From: a virus
DNA length: 64,000 bases
Virus record (IMG/VR): IMGVR_UViG_3300018080_000142
Location: 29,680 to 93,679 of that record
Reading direction: 5' to 3' (one strand)
In this document: piece after piece, positions 10,137 through 18,446 of the stretch
Position numbering within the stretch: position 1 is the first letter of the stretch
How the letters are laid out: every line of letters begins with the position of its first letter
Notes under the pieces: model-generated
What the model was told of the DNA's origin: nothing
Seen by the model: the letters and a program-made list of their open reading frames with translations, nothing else
The model's database searches: none
Translations under genes and position numbers: made by a program

Positions 10137-10591
10137 AACATATTGGCATCGGCAAAACTGAAGTGTGATTCATTAGTTATGATAATATGATCGAGTACCT
10201 GAATAGACAATAATTTCCCGGCATCAATAATCATATCAGTCATATTTTTGTCTGAACCGCTAGGCTCAACATTGCCTGACGGATGGTTATGTGCTACAAT
10301 CAATGATGTTGCTTGAGCTTTCAGAGCCGTAGCAAACATGATTCGATTATCAACAGTAGTGCCTGCCATGCCTCCATTCGACAAATTCAGTACGCCGAGT
10401 ACTCGATTTGAATTATTCAGCAAGATTACTTTAAATGACTCCTGGATCCTGATACTGTCCGGATCCCATACCCTGCGTAGAATTTCTACGGCTGCATCTG
10501 AATTCTGTATCTGCGGACGATCCGAAGCTTTTATCTCTGGATTGTACTTCAGCTGGATCTCACATACCTTGGTTAACTGCTCATTATCCAT
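10133..10591 (-). CDS. radC: RadC-like JAB-domain protein
   Basis: ESFKVILLNNSNRVLG...AHNHPSGNVEPSGSD...VLDHIII. Confidence 0.92.
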   Translation of the reverse strand: MDNEQLTKVCEIQLKYNPEIKASDRPQIQNSDAAVEILRRVWDPDSIRIQESFKVILLNNSNRVLGVLNLSNGGMAGTTVDNRIMFATALKAQATSLIVAHNHPSGNVEPSGSDKNMTDMIIDAGKLLSIQVLDHIIITNESHFSFADANML

Positions 10592-10603
10592 GTTCGATAT
10601 TTT

Positions 10604-10867
10604 TTAATCCCAACCTTCGCAACCGCAGTAATAATCGTCATGCTCACCATCCTTGTTGTGACCAAAGAATGCCAGTTCAATATCTGAATCAACCTCGTTA
10701 CTGCATGAACGGTAATATAAACATCTGGCTCTCCGGCCAGTTAGATCAGGAGCTTCTGTAACTGTTTCTGCTCCCTCTTTTAGACCAATACAGATTGCAC
10801 AGGTAGGTTTGCCTGTCCTGGCATCCGTAGCATTAGCGGTATGACCGCATTTCATCATTACTGTCAT
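10604..10867 (-). CDS. Cys-rich metal-binding protein
   Basis: MKCGH...CAIC...C...C...YYCGCEGWD. Confidence 0.65.
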   Translation of the reverse strand: MTVMMKCGHTANATDARTGKPTCAICIGLKEGAETVTEAPDLTGRRARCLYYRSCSNEVDSDIELAFFGHNKDGEHDDYYCGCEGWD

Positions 10868-11105
10868 CGTATTTCAGTGTTTTTTGGATTGATTTAAGTC
10901 TCTTAATTACTCTTTTCAGGTCTTTACCGGGTATGACAATAGTACATCTGCCAAACTTATTCTTCGATGTAATAGGTTCTATAATAATTCTTTCTCTGTC
11001 AACACTTCTCCATATAACTACTCCAATACATTTGAATGTACCATTTCTACCAAGGAAAATCGTTTTTCTATTTTTCCTCCATTTAATCCATGATTCATGC
11101 ACCAT
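10833..11105 (-). CDS. Hypothetical protein
   Basis: 90 aa basic ORF in operon. Confidence 0.5.
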   Translation of the reverse strand: MVHESWIKWRKNRKTIFLGRNGTFKCIGVVIWRSVDRERIIIEPITSKNKFGRCTIVIPGKDLKRVIKRLKSIQKTLKYDDSNDEMRSYR

Positions 11106-11322
11106 AATCTGGTCCTCCTTTCATTGCATCCGGATCCGGACCATCATCCCATTTCTCGCCGCAATCGTTACATCCATTCTCGAACCAGTCTATTTTGTTT
11201 ACCACGTAATGTTCACTACTAACAGAGTGTGAACCGCAATTTGGACAGGTTAGACCATCTGGATACCTGGTATTCCAGGGCGCTCTTGGATCATTGTCTG
11301 ATCCTGCAGGTAAGTTGCTCAT
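11095..11322 (-). CDS. Zn-ribbon protein with DPRAPWN motif
   Basis: MSNLPAGSDNDPRAPWN; CPNC...CNDC. Confidence 0.6.
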   Translation of the reverse strand: MSNLPAGSDNDPRAPWNTRYPDGLTCPNCGSHSVSSEHYVVNKIDWFENGCNDCGEKWDDGPDPDAMKGGPDYGA

Positions 11323-11663
11323 TTTTTCTTCTTTTTGGGTTTTGTATAATAACCAATTCCGGTATGCTGACGCGGATTCTTGAAAATCTTATTCAGCTGT
11401 TTCGGATCAACAGCTTTGCGATACAACTGACCGCGACCTTTCTTGGGATGCTTGATATATGTGGTCACACTCATGGTAGTCAAATAAACATTTATCCTGC
11501 ATTCGAAACCTTGAATCTTCTTGAAAAATGATATCATCCCAATATTATCCTGTTCTATCATTTCATTCCAATCATGCTTTTCTGCAATACCGATTACACG
11601 AGCTTTTCTAACCTTTGTTAGAAATGAATAGCCTTTAACGAACTTAGTTTTTAATCCTTCCAT
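11319..11663 (-). CDS. Hypothetical protein
   Basis: 114 aa; RINVY.TT...HPKKG..QL...NPRQHTGIGY conserved-looking motif. Confidence 0.6.
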   Translation of the reverse strand: MEGLKTKFVKGYSFLTKVRKARVIGIAEKHDWNEMIEQDNIGMISFFKKIQGFECRINVYLTTMSVTTYIKHPKKGRGQLYRKAVDPKQLNKIFKNPRQHTGIGYYTKPKKKKK

Positions 11664-11697
11664 GTTGTTAAGAATATTTTAGAAGAAAATAATTGCT

Positions 11698-11907
11698 TTA
11701 TTCTTTCCCGGTATCAGGAATTTCAGGCGGATTTGGCTTTTCTGCATCCTCACCACCGCGAATTTTCCGCTTACGGGAAAATTCAAGACGGTCATGAAAT
11801 CGCTGGATAGCGACCTGGTCAGGTATATTTACATCAACCTCGATCCAGGTCTTACTATCCACTTGGACCCGTTTTTTCTTGGTCTGGGTCTTTTCTGATT
11901 TCTTCAT
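11698..11907 (-). CDS. Hypothetical protein
   Basis: 69 aa in operon. Confidence 0.5.
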   Translation of the reverse strand: MKKSEKTQTKKKRVQVDSKTWIEVDVNIPDQVAIQRFHDRLEFSRKRKIRGGEDAEKPNPPEIPDTGKE

Positions 11908-11910
11908 TGA

Positions 11911-12846
11911 TCAGACATTTATCTCCTGAACATCCAGCTTGAACTTGTCGATGAGATGGTCAGCCCAAAGATTGCTGTTATTTGCGATTTCACCGATATC
12001 CATAGTTCCCGGACGCATGATACTGGTTCCCCAGTTGTACAGATCCCAGACAGTGCCAAGCTGATCCTGGTCACGCTTTTCCTTGACAATCTTCTGGGTG
12101 AACTCACTCAGCTCATGGGTATTGAACGGCGTAACAGATCCTTTGTAATATGCAGACTTGATCGCATCGATGTAAAGACCACCGACAACCTCTTGGATGA
12201 TTTTCTTTTCAGATGGCAGTTCATGGTCTTTCATCGTTTTCATGATGTCATTCTGCACTTTCCAGATCTGTCCGAGGTTCTTGATCCAATGCCTCAGTTT
12301 GAATTCCATATGCTCCCAGGGCATGCCGCGTTCCTCAGCATATGAGTATGTCCTCAGCAAAGTACCACCATAAACATTGAAATTAATACATTGCTTGACG
12401 TTCATGCCAAAAGCAACACTTATGCCATGATCATTCAGTGTAATACCGATCGCTGCATTTCTTGCATCAGCAGTACCTTCATCGTCACCTTCATAAACAC
12501 CCGGCAGCTGAATAAGGTTTATCACCTTATCAAACTTCCACTTCTCGATCGGTGCAAGGGTTCTGTTGTACCCTTTTTCGGTATCTGCATCACTCAGGAA
12601 GGTGTGGGAAGATTTCTTCTGTACACTGATCTTTTCCTGCACATAATTGAAATCTTCTTCCTCAAGCATACTCATGATTGATGTCATAAGCATCCAGATC
12701 TGGACAGGTTTTGTCTCAAGCACCCGGCCGTAACGACCTTCCTGCCTGATACTTTTACTCAGCATATCCATAGATATGTTCTGAACTTTGTCCTCAACGA
12801 ATTCATAAGTTTTTTCCATTTCTCTAAGATTTATTTGATTCGACAA
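11911..12846 (-). CDS. DUF932/DUF3871-like protein
   Basis: 311 aa; AFGMNVKQCINF and GTVWDLYNWGT motifs. Confidence 0.5.
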   Translation of the reverse strand: MSNQINLREMEKTYEFVEDKVQNISMDMLSKSIRQEGRYGRVLETKPVQIWMLMTSIMSMLEEEDFNYVQEKISVQKKSSHTFLSDADTEKGYNRTLAPIEKWKFDKVINLIQLPGVYEGDDEGTADARNAAIGITLNDHGISVAFGMNVKQCINFNVYGGTLLRTYSYAEERGMPWEHMEFKLRHWIKNLGQIWKVQNDIMKTMKDHELPSEKKIIQEVVGGLYIDAIKSAYYKGSVTPFNTHELSEFTQKIVKEKRDQDQLGTVWDLYNWGTSIMRPGTMDIGEIANNSNLWADHLIDKFKLDVQEINV

Positions 12847-13120
12847 CTTCTTTCAATATTTTGCCTTGCTGGTTATACTTCTCGAGCTTTTTCTCAGCAT
12901 CAACATACCGGAATGCCTGCGGGAATTCCTTCTTACGTTCTTCTGTCAGTACTGCTCTGTAGAAATCCCGGTTGCTCCGATGCTTCTCGAGCAACAGTTC
13001 TGCTGTTTCAGCATCAAGCGATGATGCCCAGTTTCGAAACGAATCTTTGCTCATTACGAGTAGATCCTTGCCCAGTACCAGCATCGCTGACCGGAGCTTA
13101 TCTTCTGTTGATTCACTCAT
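12824..13120 (-). CDS. Hypothetical protein
   Basis: 98 aa helical ORF. Confidence 0.55.
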   Translation of the reverse strand: MSESTEDKLRSAMLVLGKDLLVMSKDSFRNWASSLDAETAELLLEKHRSNRDFYRAVLTEERKKEFPQAFRYVDAEKKLEKYNQQGKILKEVVESNKS

Positions 13121-13173
13121 TTCGTATCGTTATTAAGATTTTAAAGGAAAATAATTGCTTGGTTCCAAGCAAC

Positions 13174-13213
13174 AAAAAAGGGAAATAAGCTACTATACTT
13201 CACTTATTTCCCC
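13174..13213 (-). terminator. Intrinsic terminator of the tmRNA gene
   Basis: Minus strand GGGAAATAAGT...GCTTATTTCCC followed by T6. Confidence 0.75.
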
Positions 13214-13671
13214 CGAACACAGATAGCTGTCAAGCAGCTAACCGATGCTCTTGATCGAAACGACTTTCGCCGATTAAACCTGATTGCTACAATATTCCAG
13301 GCCGATTATACGCTGTCAAAACATTCAGCCCCAGGCATGAGGACTTCCGGATAAACGGTGTTAAAGCATCGCCCTCAAATGCGTCACCATGTAGCTGACA
13401 TCAGGTGTTGATGTCTGTAATACGACCGGCCAGTATTACGCTACACTCCGGCATTTTCTGAACAACTGGCAAATTACAAAGAGCGCCGATGGCGGGAGCG
13501 ACCGCTTTACCGGGGAGATCTCGAGTGTCGTGAGACACCCGTACCATCCGGCTATTCCCTATCCAATCATCACGACAACACCGCAATAATGGAAAACAGG
13601 AGCCATCTATTTGTGGAGCTGGGCGGTAACGAGCCGCCGTCCAAACGTACCGTTCCTGGTACAGCAATCAG
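13174..13671 (-). ncRNA. ssrA: Circularly permuted (two-piece) tmRNA: acceptor piece about 13671-13614, intervening segment 13613-13333, coding piece 13332 to about 13180; tag (A)GESRFDQEHRLAA*
   Basis: GGGGCTG (13332) pairs with CAGCTCC-A (13621-13614), giving G3.U70; T-arm GGCGG-CTCGTTA-CCGCC; TTTTGAC D-loop motif; tag ORF 13271-13230 ends LAA-TGA with the stop in the loop of TAGCTG/CAGCTA; inter-piece helices CTGATTGCT/AGCAATCAG and CCAGG/CCTGG. Confidence 0.9.
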
Positions 13672-13673
13672 TA

Positions 13674-13681
13674 CAAAGTTA
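13674..13681 (-). promoter_or_regulatory. Bacteroidota primary-sigma -7 promoter element for the tmRNA gene
   Basis: TAACTTTG matches TAnnTTTG, a few nt upstream of the acceptor piece. Confidence 0.7.
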
Positions 13682-13718
13682 GTTAAAAGTTTAAAAAGGA
13701 AATAATTTCAAGACTTCA

Positions 13719-14648
13719 TCAGGATCTCGGATATCTTTCGTGATACAATACCCATAGATAATCCTTATCAAGCCTGTTAGCAGTACTTTCATTGTATTCA
13801 AAGTCCCGGTCGTTCATAATGGTAAAGGATCCGCTCCAACGGCCACCACGCTGAGACCGGTACTGTTCAACCTGTTCTTTTGTCACTTTCGCACCAAGCA
13901 AAAGACGCATTACATGATTCTGCCTGGGAGTTTCCAACAGAAGTAATTTCTTCATCAGGAACCGTCCAAACGATCTTGGCATACAGTCAAGCTGTTCTGC
14001 CCGGCCATACAAACCATATACCGGTGGAATGAGTTTTAACCACTTTTGCTTACGCCTGTTAACAGCAAGGAATTCATGCTTACGATTCATATATTCTTCC
14101 TGGGTAACTTCACGTCTGACTCCGAGGATCAGCTTCCATAGCTTAGACCAGAGAATTGTTACAATCATTTCAGGTATTGACCAGAGATAATAAAGGATTT
14201 CTGCCCATACCTTGCCACACAATGACAATGCCCATAGATGGAAATCAATAGTTTTCTTCCCTGCTCTTTTGCTGAAGGAAAACCTCCAAGGTATTTGATG
14301 ATAGAACAACCACACTGAGAATGTTGGTCTGGTCTTGCTGATCATTTGCAATGTTGTTGACAGGTGGTCACGACTCATATCCATTCTGTCATAATAGTGT
14401 GGATATCTCCAACCGAACAGGAAATGACCATGTGGACCACCTTCTTTTCTTTCCCAGCATGAACGGATCCCTTTTTCGAATCTTGGATCCTTATAGGTTC
14501 TCCTGGCCCTCTCAGTACGTGATATCGCATCGCCTCTGCCTTCATCACCATAGCGGTCATAATGGAGATTCTTGCAGAGCATCATATTGTCCTGAACAAA
14601 GAACATATGTTCCTGACTGTCCGGATCGTAAATCACTTCATAACTCAT
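13719..14648 (-). CDS. Hypothetical protein (309 aa)
   Basis: Long ORF with GDAISRT...WRYP...DMSRDHL; function not recognised. Confidence 0.6.
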   Translation of the reverse strand: MSYEVIYDPDSQEHMFFVQDNMMLCKNLHYDRYGDEGRGDAISRTERARRTYKDPRFEKGIRSCWERKEGGPHGHFLFGWRYPHYYDRMDMSRDHLSTTLQMISKTRPTFSVWLFYHQIPWRFSFSKRAGKKTIDFHLWALSLCGKVWAEILYYLWSIPEMIVTILWSKLWKLILGVRREVTQEEYMNRKHEFLAVNRRKQKWLKLIPPVYGLYGRAEQLDCMPRSFGRFLMKKLLLLETPRQNHVMRLLLGAKVTKEQVEQYRSQRGGRWSGSFTIMNDRDFEYNESTANRLDKDYLWVLYHERYPRS

Positions 14649-14806
14649 GATTCGCCTTCTTTACCTAAATATAAAGTATCTAATGTTCTAGCAATTTTTA
14701 AAACTATCTCTTGAAGTCTTTTGATCCTTTCGTGATCAAGAAGTTCATGATTGCCAGATAGCGGTTCTGACAATATTTTCGCTACTTCAGATTCCATTCT
14801 TTTCAT
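14645..14806 (-). CDS. Small hypothetical protein (53 aa)
   Basis: Manual translation MKRMESEVAKILSEPLSG...; ATGA overlap with next gene. Confidence 0.5.
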   Translation of the reverse strand: MKRMESEVAKILSEPLSGNHELLDHERIKRLQEIVLKIARTLDTLYLGKEGES

Positions 14807-14816
14807 TCTTGTTTAT

Positions 14817-14963
14817 TTAATATACTGCATATCTACTCGTTACCTCTTTTTGTCCGTTCTCAAATTCAATAAGGATACTATTCATTTTGCCACGTGCGAT
14901 TATTATACATTCCCTGCCCTTCATGGTTGCACGTTTTGAATTGTTTCCCCAACGGTATTTCAT
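14817..14963 (-). CDS. Small hypothetical protein (48 aa)
   Basis: MKYRWGNNSKRATMKGRECIIIARGKMNSILIEFENGQKEVTSRYAVY. Confidence 0.6.
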   Translation of the reverse strand: MKYRWGNNSKRATMKGRECIIIARGKMNSILIEFENGQKEVTSRYAVY

Positions 14964-15265
14964 TCTTGTTTATTTAATCTATTTAATCTATCAATTTCAG
15001 CAGCTATTAAGGCACCTGCAACTTTAAGTCTGTGAATCTTATTTTTATCACCTGATAATTTTTGTTCTAAGCCCCACACATCATCTCCTGATTCAAATTC
15101 TCCATCAAAAGATTTTACATAGGCATCAGTTCCATTTGCAGCCAATATTGCAGCTACCTTAATTAATGCTCCATCTGTATGCTGATCATCATGTTCTGAT
15201 GTCCATCCATGCTTTTCAATTTGTTCTGCCCTTTCTTCGGCAATTAATTCAATTCCTGTTTTCAT
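14960..15265 (-). CDS. Conserved phage protein (ER.EQ...GW..EHDD.H family, possibly MazG-like all-alpha fold)
   Basis: IAEERAEQIEKHGWTSEHDDQH...LKVAGALIAAEIDRL. Confidence 0.7.
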   Translation of the reverse strand: MKTGIELIAEERAEQIEKHGWTSEHDDQHTDGALIKVAAILAANGTDAYVKSFDGEFESGDDVWGLEQKLSGDKNKIHRLKVAGALIAAEIDRLNRLNKQE

Positions 15266-15525
15266 GATTCTTGTTTATTTAATGAGTTCCAATAATCCTC
15301 AAAAAATTTAAATGCAATTGATTTGCTTCTTTTTCGTTGAGTTTGGATAATTGCATCTTCAGCCACTTCTTTAAAGGCTTGGAGAATAACATCAATACGC
15401 TCTTTTTTTAATTCCTTCGCTCGTAAAAAATCAGATGATTTAGTTGATGTACCTAAACGCCATGCGATTTCCTCAGATAATTTTTCTATCTTCTTTAATA
15501 ATTGCTCTGCCTTATCTTGTATCAT
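15262..15525 (-). CDS. Hypothetical protein
   Basis: 87 aa; ATGA overlap. Confidence 0.55.
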   Translation of the reverse strand: MIQDKAEQLLKKIEKLSEEIAWRLGTSTKSSDFLRAKELKKERIDVILQAFKEVAEDAIIQTQRKRSKSIAFKFFEDYWNSLNKQES

Positions 15526-15528
15526 TAC

Positions 15529-15720
15529 TTAATCTTTTATATCATAATGCCATGCCCATGATTTAGCAGTATCCCTAAATATTGTTTGTGCATCTGTTGT
15601 CCACCAGCCTTTACACCCAAGCCATTCTAACCAAATGTAATTAACGTGCCTCTGCAATAAGTAAACATCCTGACCAATTCCATCATGCCAAACCGTTTTG
15701 ATTCTTCTTTTATCTCTCAT
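15529..15720 (-). CDS. Hypothetical Trp-rich protein
   Basis: 63 aa in operon. Confidence 0.5.
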   Translation of the reverse strand: MRDKRRIKTVWHDGIGQDVYLLQRHVNYIWLEWLGCKGWWTTDAQTIFRDTAKSWAWHYDIKD

Positions 15721-15878
15721 TACTTTGGGGTTTGGTTAAATTTTTTAATTTCCTTTATGGTTGCCATACATACAGGTTCGGATTTTCCTTGCTTTGCTTC
15801 GCATTTAATACCAGAATAACAGACATAAGCATAACAACATCCATCAATACATAAATCACATTTTTCGTATTTCATCAT
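15720..15878 (-). CDS. Small Cys-rich protein (52 aa)
   Basis: MMKYEKCDLCIDGCCYAYVCYSGIKCEAK...; TAATG overlap. Confidence 0.5.
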   Translation of the reverse strand: MMKYEKCDLCIDGCCYAYVCYSGIKCEAKQGKSEPVCMATIKEIKKFNQTPK

Positions 15879-15891
15879 TCTCTATTTTAAA

Positions 15892-16071
15892 AGAACAGCA
15901 CACGACCCAGATTGAAGAAGGCTTTTATGGCGGGTAATTCCTGTCTCTTTATAATCGGGCAACACCCAAGATCACCAAAGGGACCTCCATTGCCGTCTTT
16001 TTCAACGGGTATTCAATGCGCCTTCATAACCTATGGTATTTCATTACTGTATTCTCCCGGTGTGCTGTTCT
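15892..16071 (-). ncRNA. Candidate structured intergenic RNA (about 180 nt)
   Basis: 12-bp terminal inverted repeat AGAACAGCACAC/GTGTGCTGTTCT plus internal helices GAAGGC/GCCTTC and AATACCC/GGGTGTT; fills the whole intergenic gap. Confidence 0.45.
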
Positions 16072-16534
16072 ATAAGTTAAGGTATATCAATGTTAACAAC
16101 GTAAGCCAGAATAACCTCCAAACAAGCATTAGAAACCCTGACTGAAGGAATACAGCTCCGAAATATTGGCTGATCGGATCTGAACTGATATGTAGGGGTT
16201 TCTTAAGAATGAACCAGCCGGTAGTAAGATCATGAACTGTCCACCATAACAGCCACATTATCGGATACCACATGAACATATATGTCCATCTGCCAAGAAC
16301 TACCTGCACTGAGATGATTGCGAAAATGACGAATAACGCATAGATATTCCCCCAGGTTTTCCATGCATATGATGGTTTGATGGGATTCATAATAACAGTT
16401 TCATTTCTGAACCTGTATTTTTTTATTTCATCAGTTATGCATTTATCCTGCCATGAAGCTATAACAGTACCAAGAGTTACAGCTATGACTGTTAGTGTAA
16501 ACATTAAAATTTCAGTTTCCATAATATTAATCAT
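16070..16534 (-). CDS. Multi-pass membrane protein
   Basis: About four hydrophobic segments; start moved to ATG 16534. Confidence 0.65.
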   Translation of the reverse strand: MINIMETEILMFTLTVIAVTLGTVIASWQDKCITDEIKKYRFRNETVIMNPIKPSYAWKTWGNIYALFVIFAIISVQVVLGRWTYMFMWYPIMWLLWWTVHDLTTGWFILKKPLHISSDPISQYFGAVFLQSGFLMLVWRLFWLTLLTLIYLNL

Positions 16535-16958
16535 TATAAGTCCAACTTGCTGTAGCAAAAACCGGGTAGAAATATCCATCAACATGGATCCGGTTATAAG
16601 ATTTTCTGTATCTACTCTCCGGGACTGTATCCCACCATACAGGAACACCTTTCTTTATATAATCATTCCAGCCACAAATAAATACTTCATAAAGGAATAC
16701 TTGCTCAGTATGAGGTCCAAATGGTTTTGTAATCCGAATCTTCGACCATTTCTCATTAGAGCATTTTCCTTCGGCCACTACATAGGAGCCTACTTCACCG
16801 GCCAGGAAATATTCAATGTCCTCGATGTAACCTATGAATTTTTCATTGCCCTGCAGTTTTCCTGCCTTTGGTGCGACAGTTCCGCAGCAGGTCACCAGGA
16901 TGACAGCAACAACTATCATCACAAACAGTATGAACAATCTCTTAGTTTCTTTTTTCAT
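16527..16958 (-). CDS. Putative lipoprotein
   Basis: MKKETKRLFILFVMIVVAVILVTCC lipoprotein-type signal. Confidence 0.55.
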   Translation of the reverse strand: MKKETKRLFILFVMIVVAVILVTCCGTVAPKAGKLQGNEKFIGYIEDIEYFLAGEVGSYVVAEGKCSNEKWSKIRITKPFGPHTEQVFLYEVFICGWNDYIKKGVPVWWDTVPESRYRKSYNRIHVDGYFYPVFATASWTYND

Positions 16959-16959
16959 T

Positions 16960-17394
16960 TTATTCAAAATTGATGTATTTAATCCATGAAAACGGCCGGC
17001 GTATCTTCCAATAGGCATAGATATTTGCATACTGATTGGCTTCGCGCTTGAAGCAAATACTCCTGTTGGCTCGCCGCCAGTAGTAACCGTTGATAATATT
17101 CATGACAAAGAACAATCCATACAGGATCCAGTAAAGGAACAGGGCTGGCAGGGCAATGAACCAATTAATCAAAAAACCCAGTATGATGAATAGAAGCAAA
17201 CCTGCCAGCCCACATTCCAATTGCTGTTGAATATGTATTGTCTCACGATTATAATTCATCTGATGCTGCATTGCCCACTTGTGACGATAGAATGAAAAAG
17301 GAAAGATTGTTACGGTATATATACCGAAAACACCTATCAGCGGGAATACCAGGTGTATTCCCTCGAAGTTGAAGTTAAAACGGGGCAGTTTCAT
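16960..17394 (-). CDS. Membrane zincin-like protein with degenerate HExxH motif
   Basis: NRETIHIQQQLE...SICFKREA...RRPFSWIKY versus the usual NHExIHxxQQxE...SFEREA pattern. Confidence 0.6.
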   Translation of the reverse strand: MKLPRFNFNFEGIHLVFPLIGVFGIYTVTIFPFSFYRHKWAMQHQMNYNRETIHIQQQLECGLAGLLLFIILGFLINWFIALPALFLYWILYGLFFVMNIINGYYWRRANRSICFKREANQYANIYAYWKIRRPFSWIKYINFE

Positions 17395-17902
17395 TCGACC
17401 AGGATTGTTGTATATATTCATTCCATTTAATTTCTTCATCAGCATCATTGGACACGCCAGGGATCATGCTCACAACGGCATCTCTTAATGACTTGATAAA
17501 ATTGATATTCATTTCATAGCTGACCTCACGGCTGACTATAGCATGACGCAGATCCTTTGCCAGATCTTTCTTGGTATGTGCTTCCGGGTAGACCAAGGGT
17601 ATTTCCGAGTAGTCTAATTTACGAATTTCTTTAATTACATCAATAGCACCATATGGATACCTGATGCATACATCCTCGTACAAGTATAAATAATCCTCTG
17701 TAGTGAACAATATTTCATCGGCAGACCAATTAGATATATCTGGTGTCGGATGTCCCAGGAACATCCATATCGCCTGACACTGGGCCTCGAACGGACCATT
17801 TCTGAATGATCTCTCGTCAACGGCATATGTTTCTATCATCCATCCGAGGAAATGCCTTTTACTGACCGGATATGTGTTCAGGACCTGGATCACTTCTCTC
17901 AC
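17375..17902 (-). CDS. Hypothetical protein
   Basis: 175 aa, GTG start overlapping upstream stop. Confidence 0.55.
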   Translation of the reverse strand: MREVIQVLNTYPVSKRHFLGWMIETYAVDERSFRNGPFEAQCQAIWMFLGHPTPDISNWSADEILFTTEDYLYLYEDVCIRYPYGAIDVIKEIRKLDYSEIPLVYPEAHTKKDLAKDLRHAIVSREVSYEMNINFIKSLRDAVVSMIPGVSNDADEEIKWNEYIQQSWSNETAPF

Positions 17903-18294
17903 CTATGGCCTTGGTTGTACCTTTGCATTGACTTTTTGGAAAACCTTATGCTGTCCCTCACACGCCTTGCTTTGCCTTTTGCACGCAATCGTTTTCTCCG
18001 GATATCTGAAATAATCTTATCGGATATCAGGCCACGCTTGCCAATGTCAGTAAATTCCTTTATAAACTGGTAGTATTTTTCTTCATCAATGCCAGGCTTT
18101 TCAATCCGAGCATCTTCATCTATCTTAAGATATTTAAGCAGATCATCGCAGAAACTTACCATAGAACAGTTAAAGTATACCCATATCAGATAGCTCGGAC
18201 CGGCTTGAACTTTCAATACCTCACCAACCTTCATTTCAGCATATTTACCGAAACCAAGTACGCTTTTTTCAGTAAGTGTTCTTAAATATTTCAT
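17899..18294 (-). CDS. ExoX C-terminal/DUF3820-like domain protein
   Basis: LGFGKYAEMKVGEV...PSYLIWV. Confidence 0.55.
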   Translation of the reverse strand: MKYLRTLTEKSVLGFGKYAEMKVGEVLKVQAGPSYLIWVYFNCSMVSFCDDLLKYLKIDEDARIEKPGIDEEKYYQFIKEFTDIGKRGLISDKIISDIRRKRLRAKGKARRVRDSIRFSKKSMQRYNQGHR

Positions 18295-18446
18295 AATATA
18301 TGCCTAAGTATCAGTATTGAAACCGTAACAAGTATAACCATGACGATACCCAGGAAAATATACAGACACCATCCAGTAGGATTCTTGTGGCCGTAATGAG
18401 AATTTATATCGTCCTCAAAATTATCCAGATGTGATTGCTCTGTCAT
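18291..18446 (-). CDS. Small membrane protein (51 aa)
   Basis: Manual translation MTEQSHLDNFEDD...LYIFLGIVMVILVTVSILILRHIL. Confidence 0.5.
   Translation of the reverse strand: MTEQSHLDNFEDDINSHYGHKNPTGWCLYIFLGIVMVILVTVSILILRHIL

Larger units (their letters stand above)
14805..15283. repeat. Three copies of 17-bp direct repeat ATTCTTGTTTATTTAAT at gene junctions
   Basis: Copies at 14805-14821, 14962-14978 and 15267-15283. Confidence 0.85.

Noticed and set aside
13480-13555. Possible tRNA inside the tmRNA intervening segment
   Set aside because: The T-like loop is 6 nt without TTC, the anticodon-like hairpin has a 4-nt loop, and there is no D arm
13401-13667. 88-aa ORF overlapping the tmRNA locus
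   Set aside because: Non-ATG start, overlaps the tmRNA acceptor piece and the structured intervening segment, and has no protein-like features
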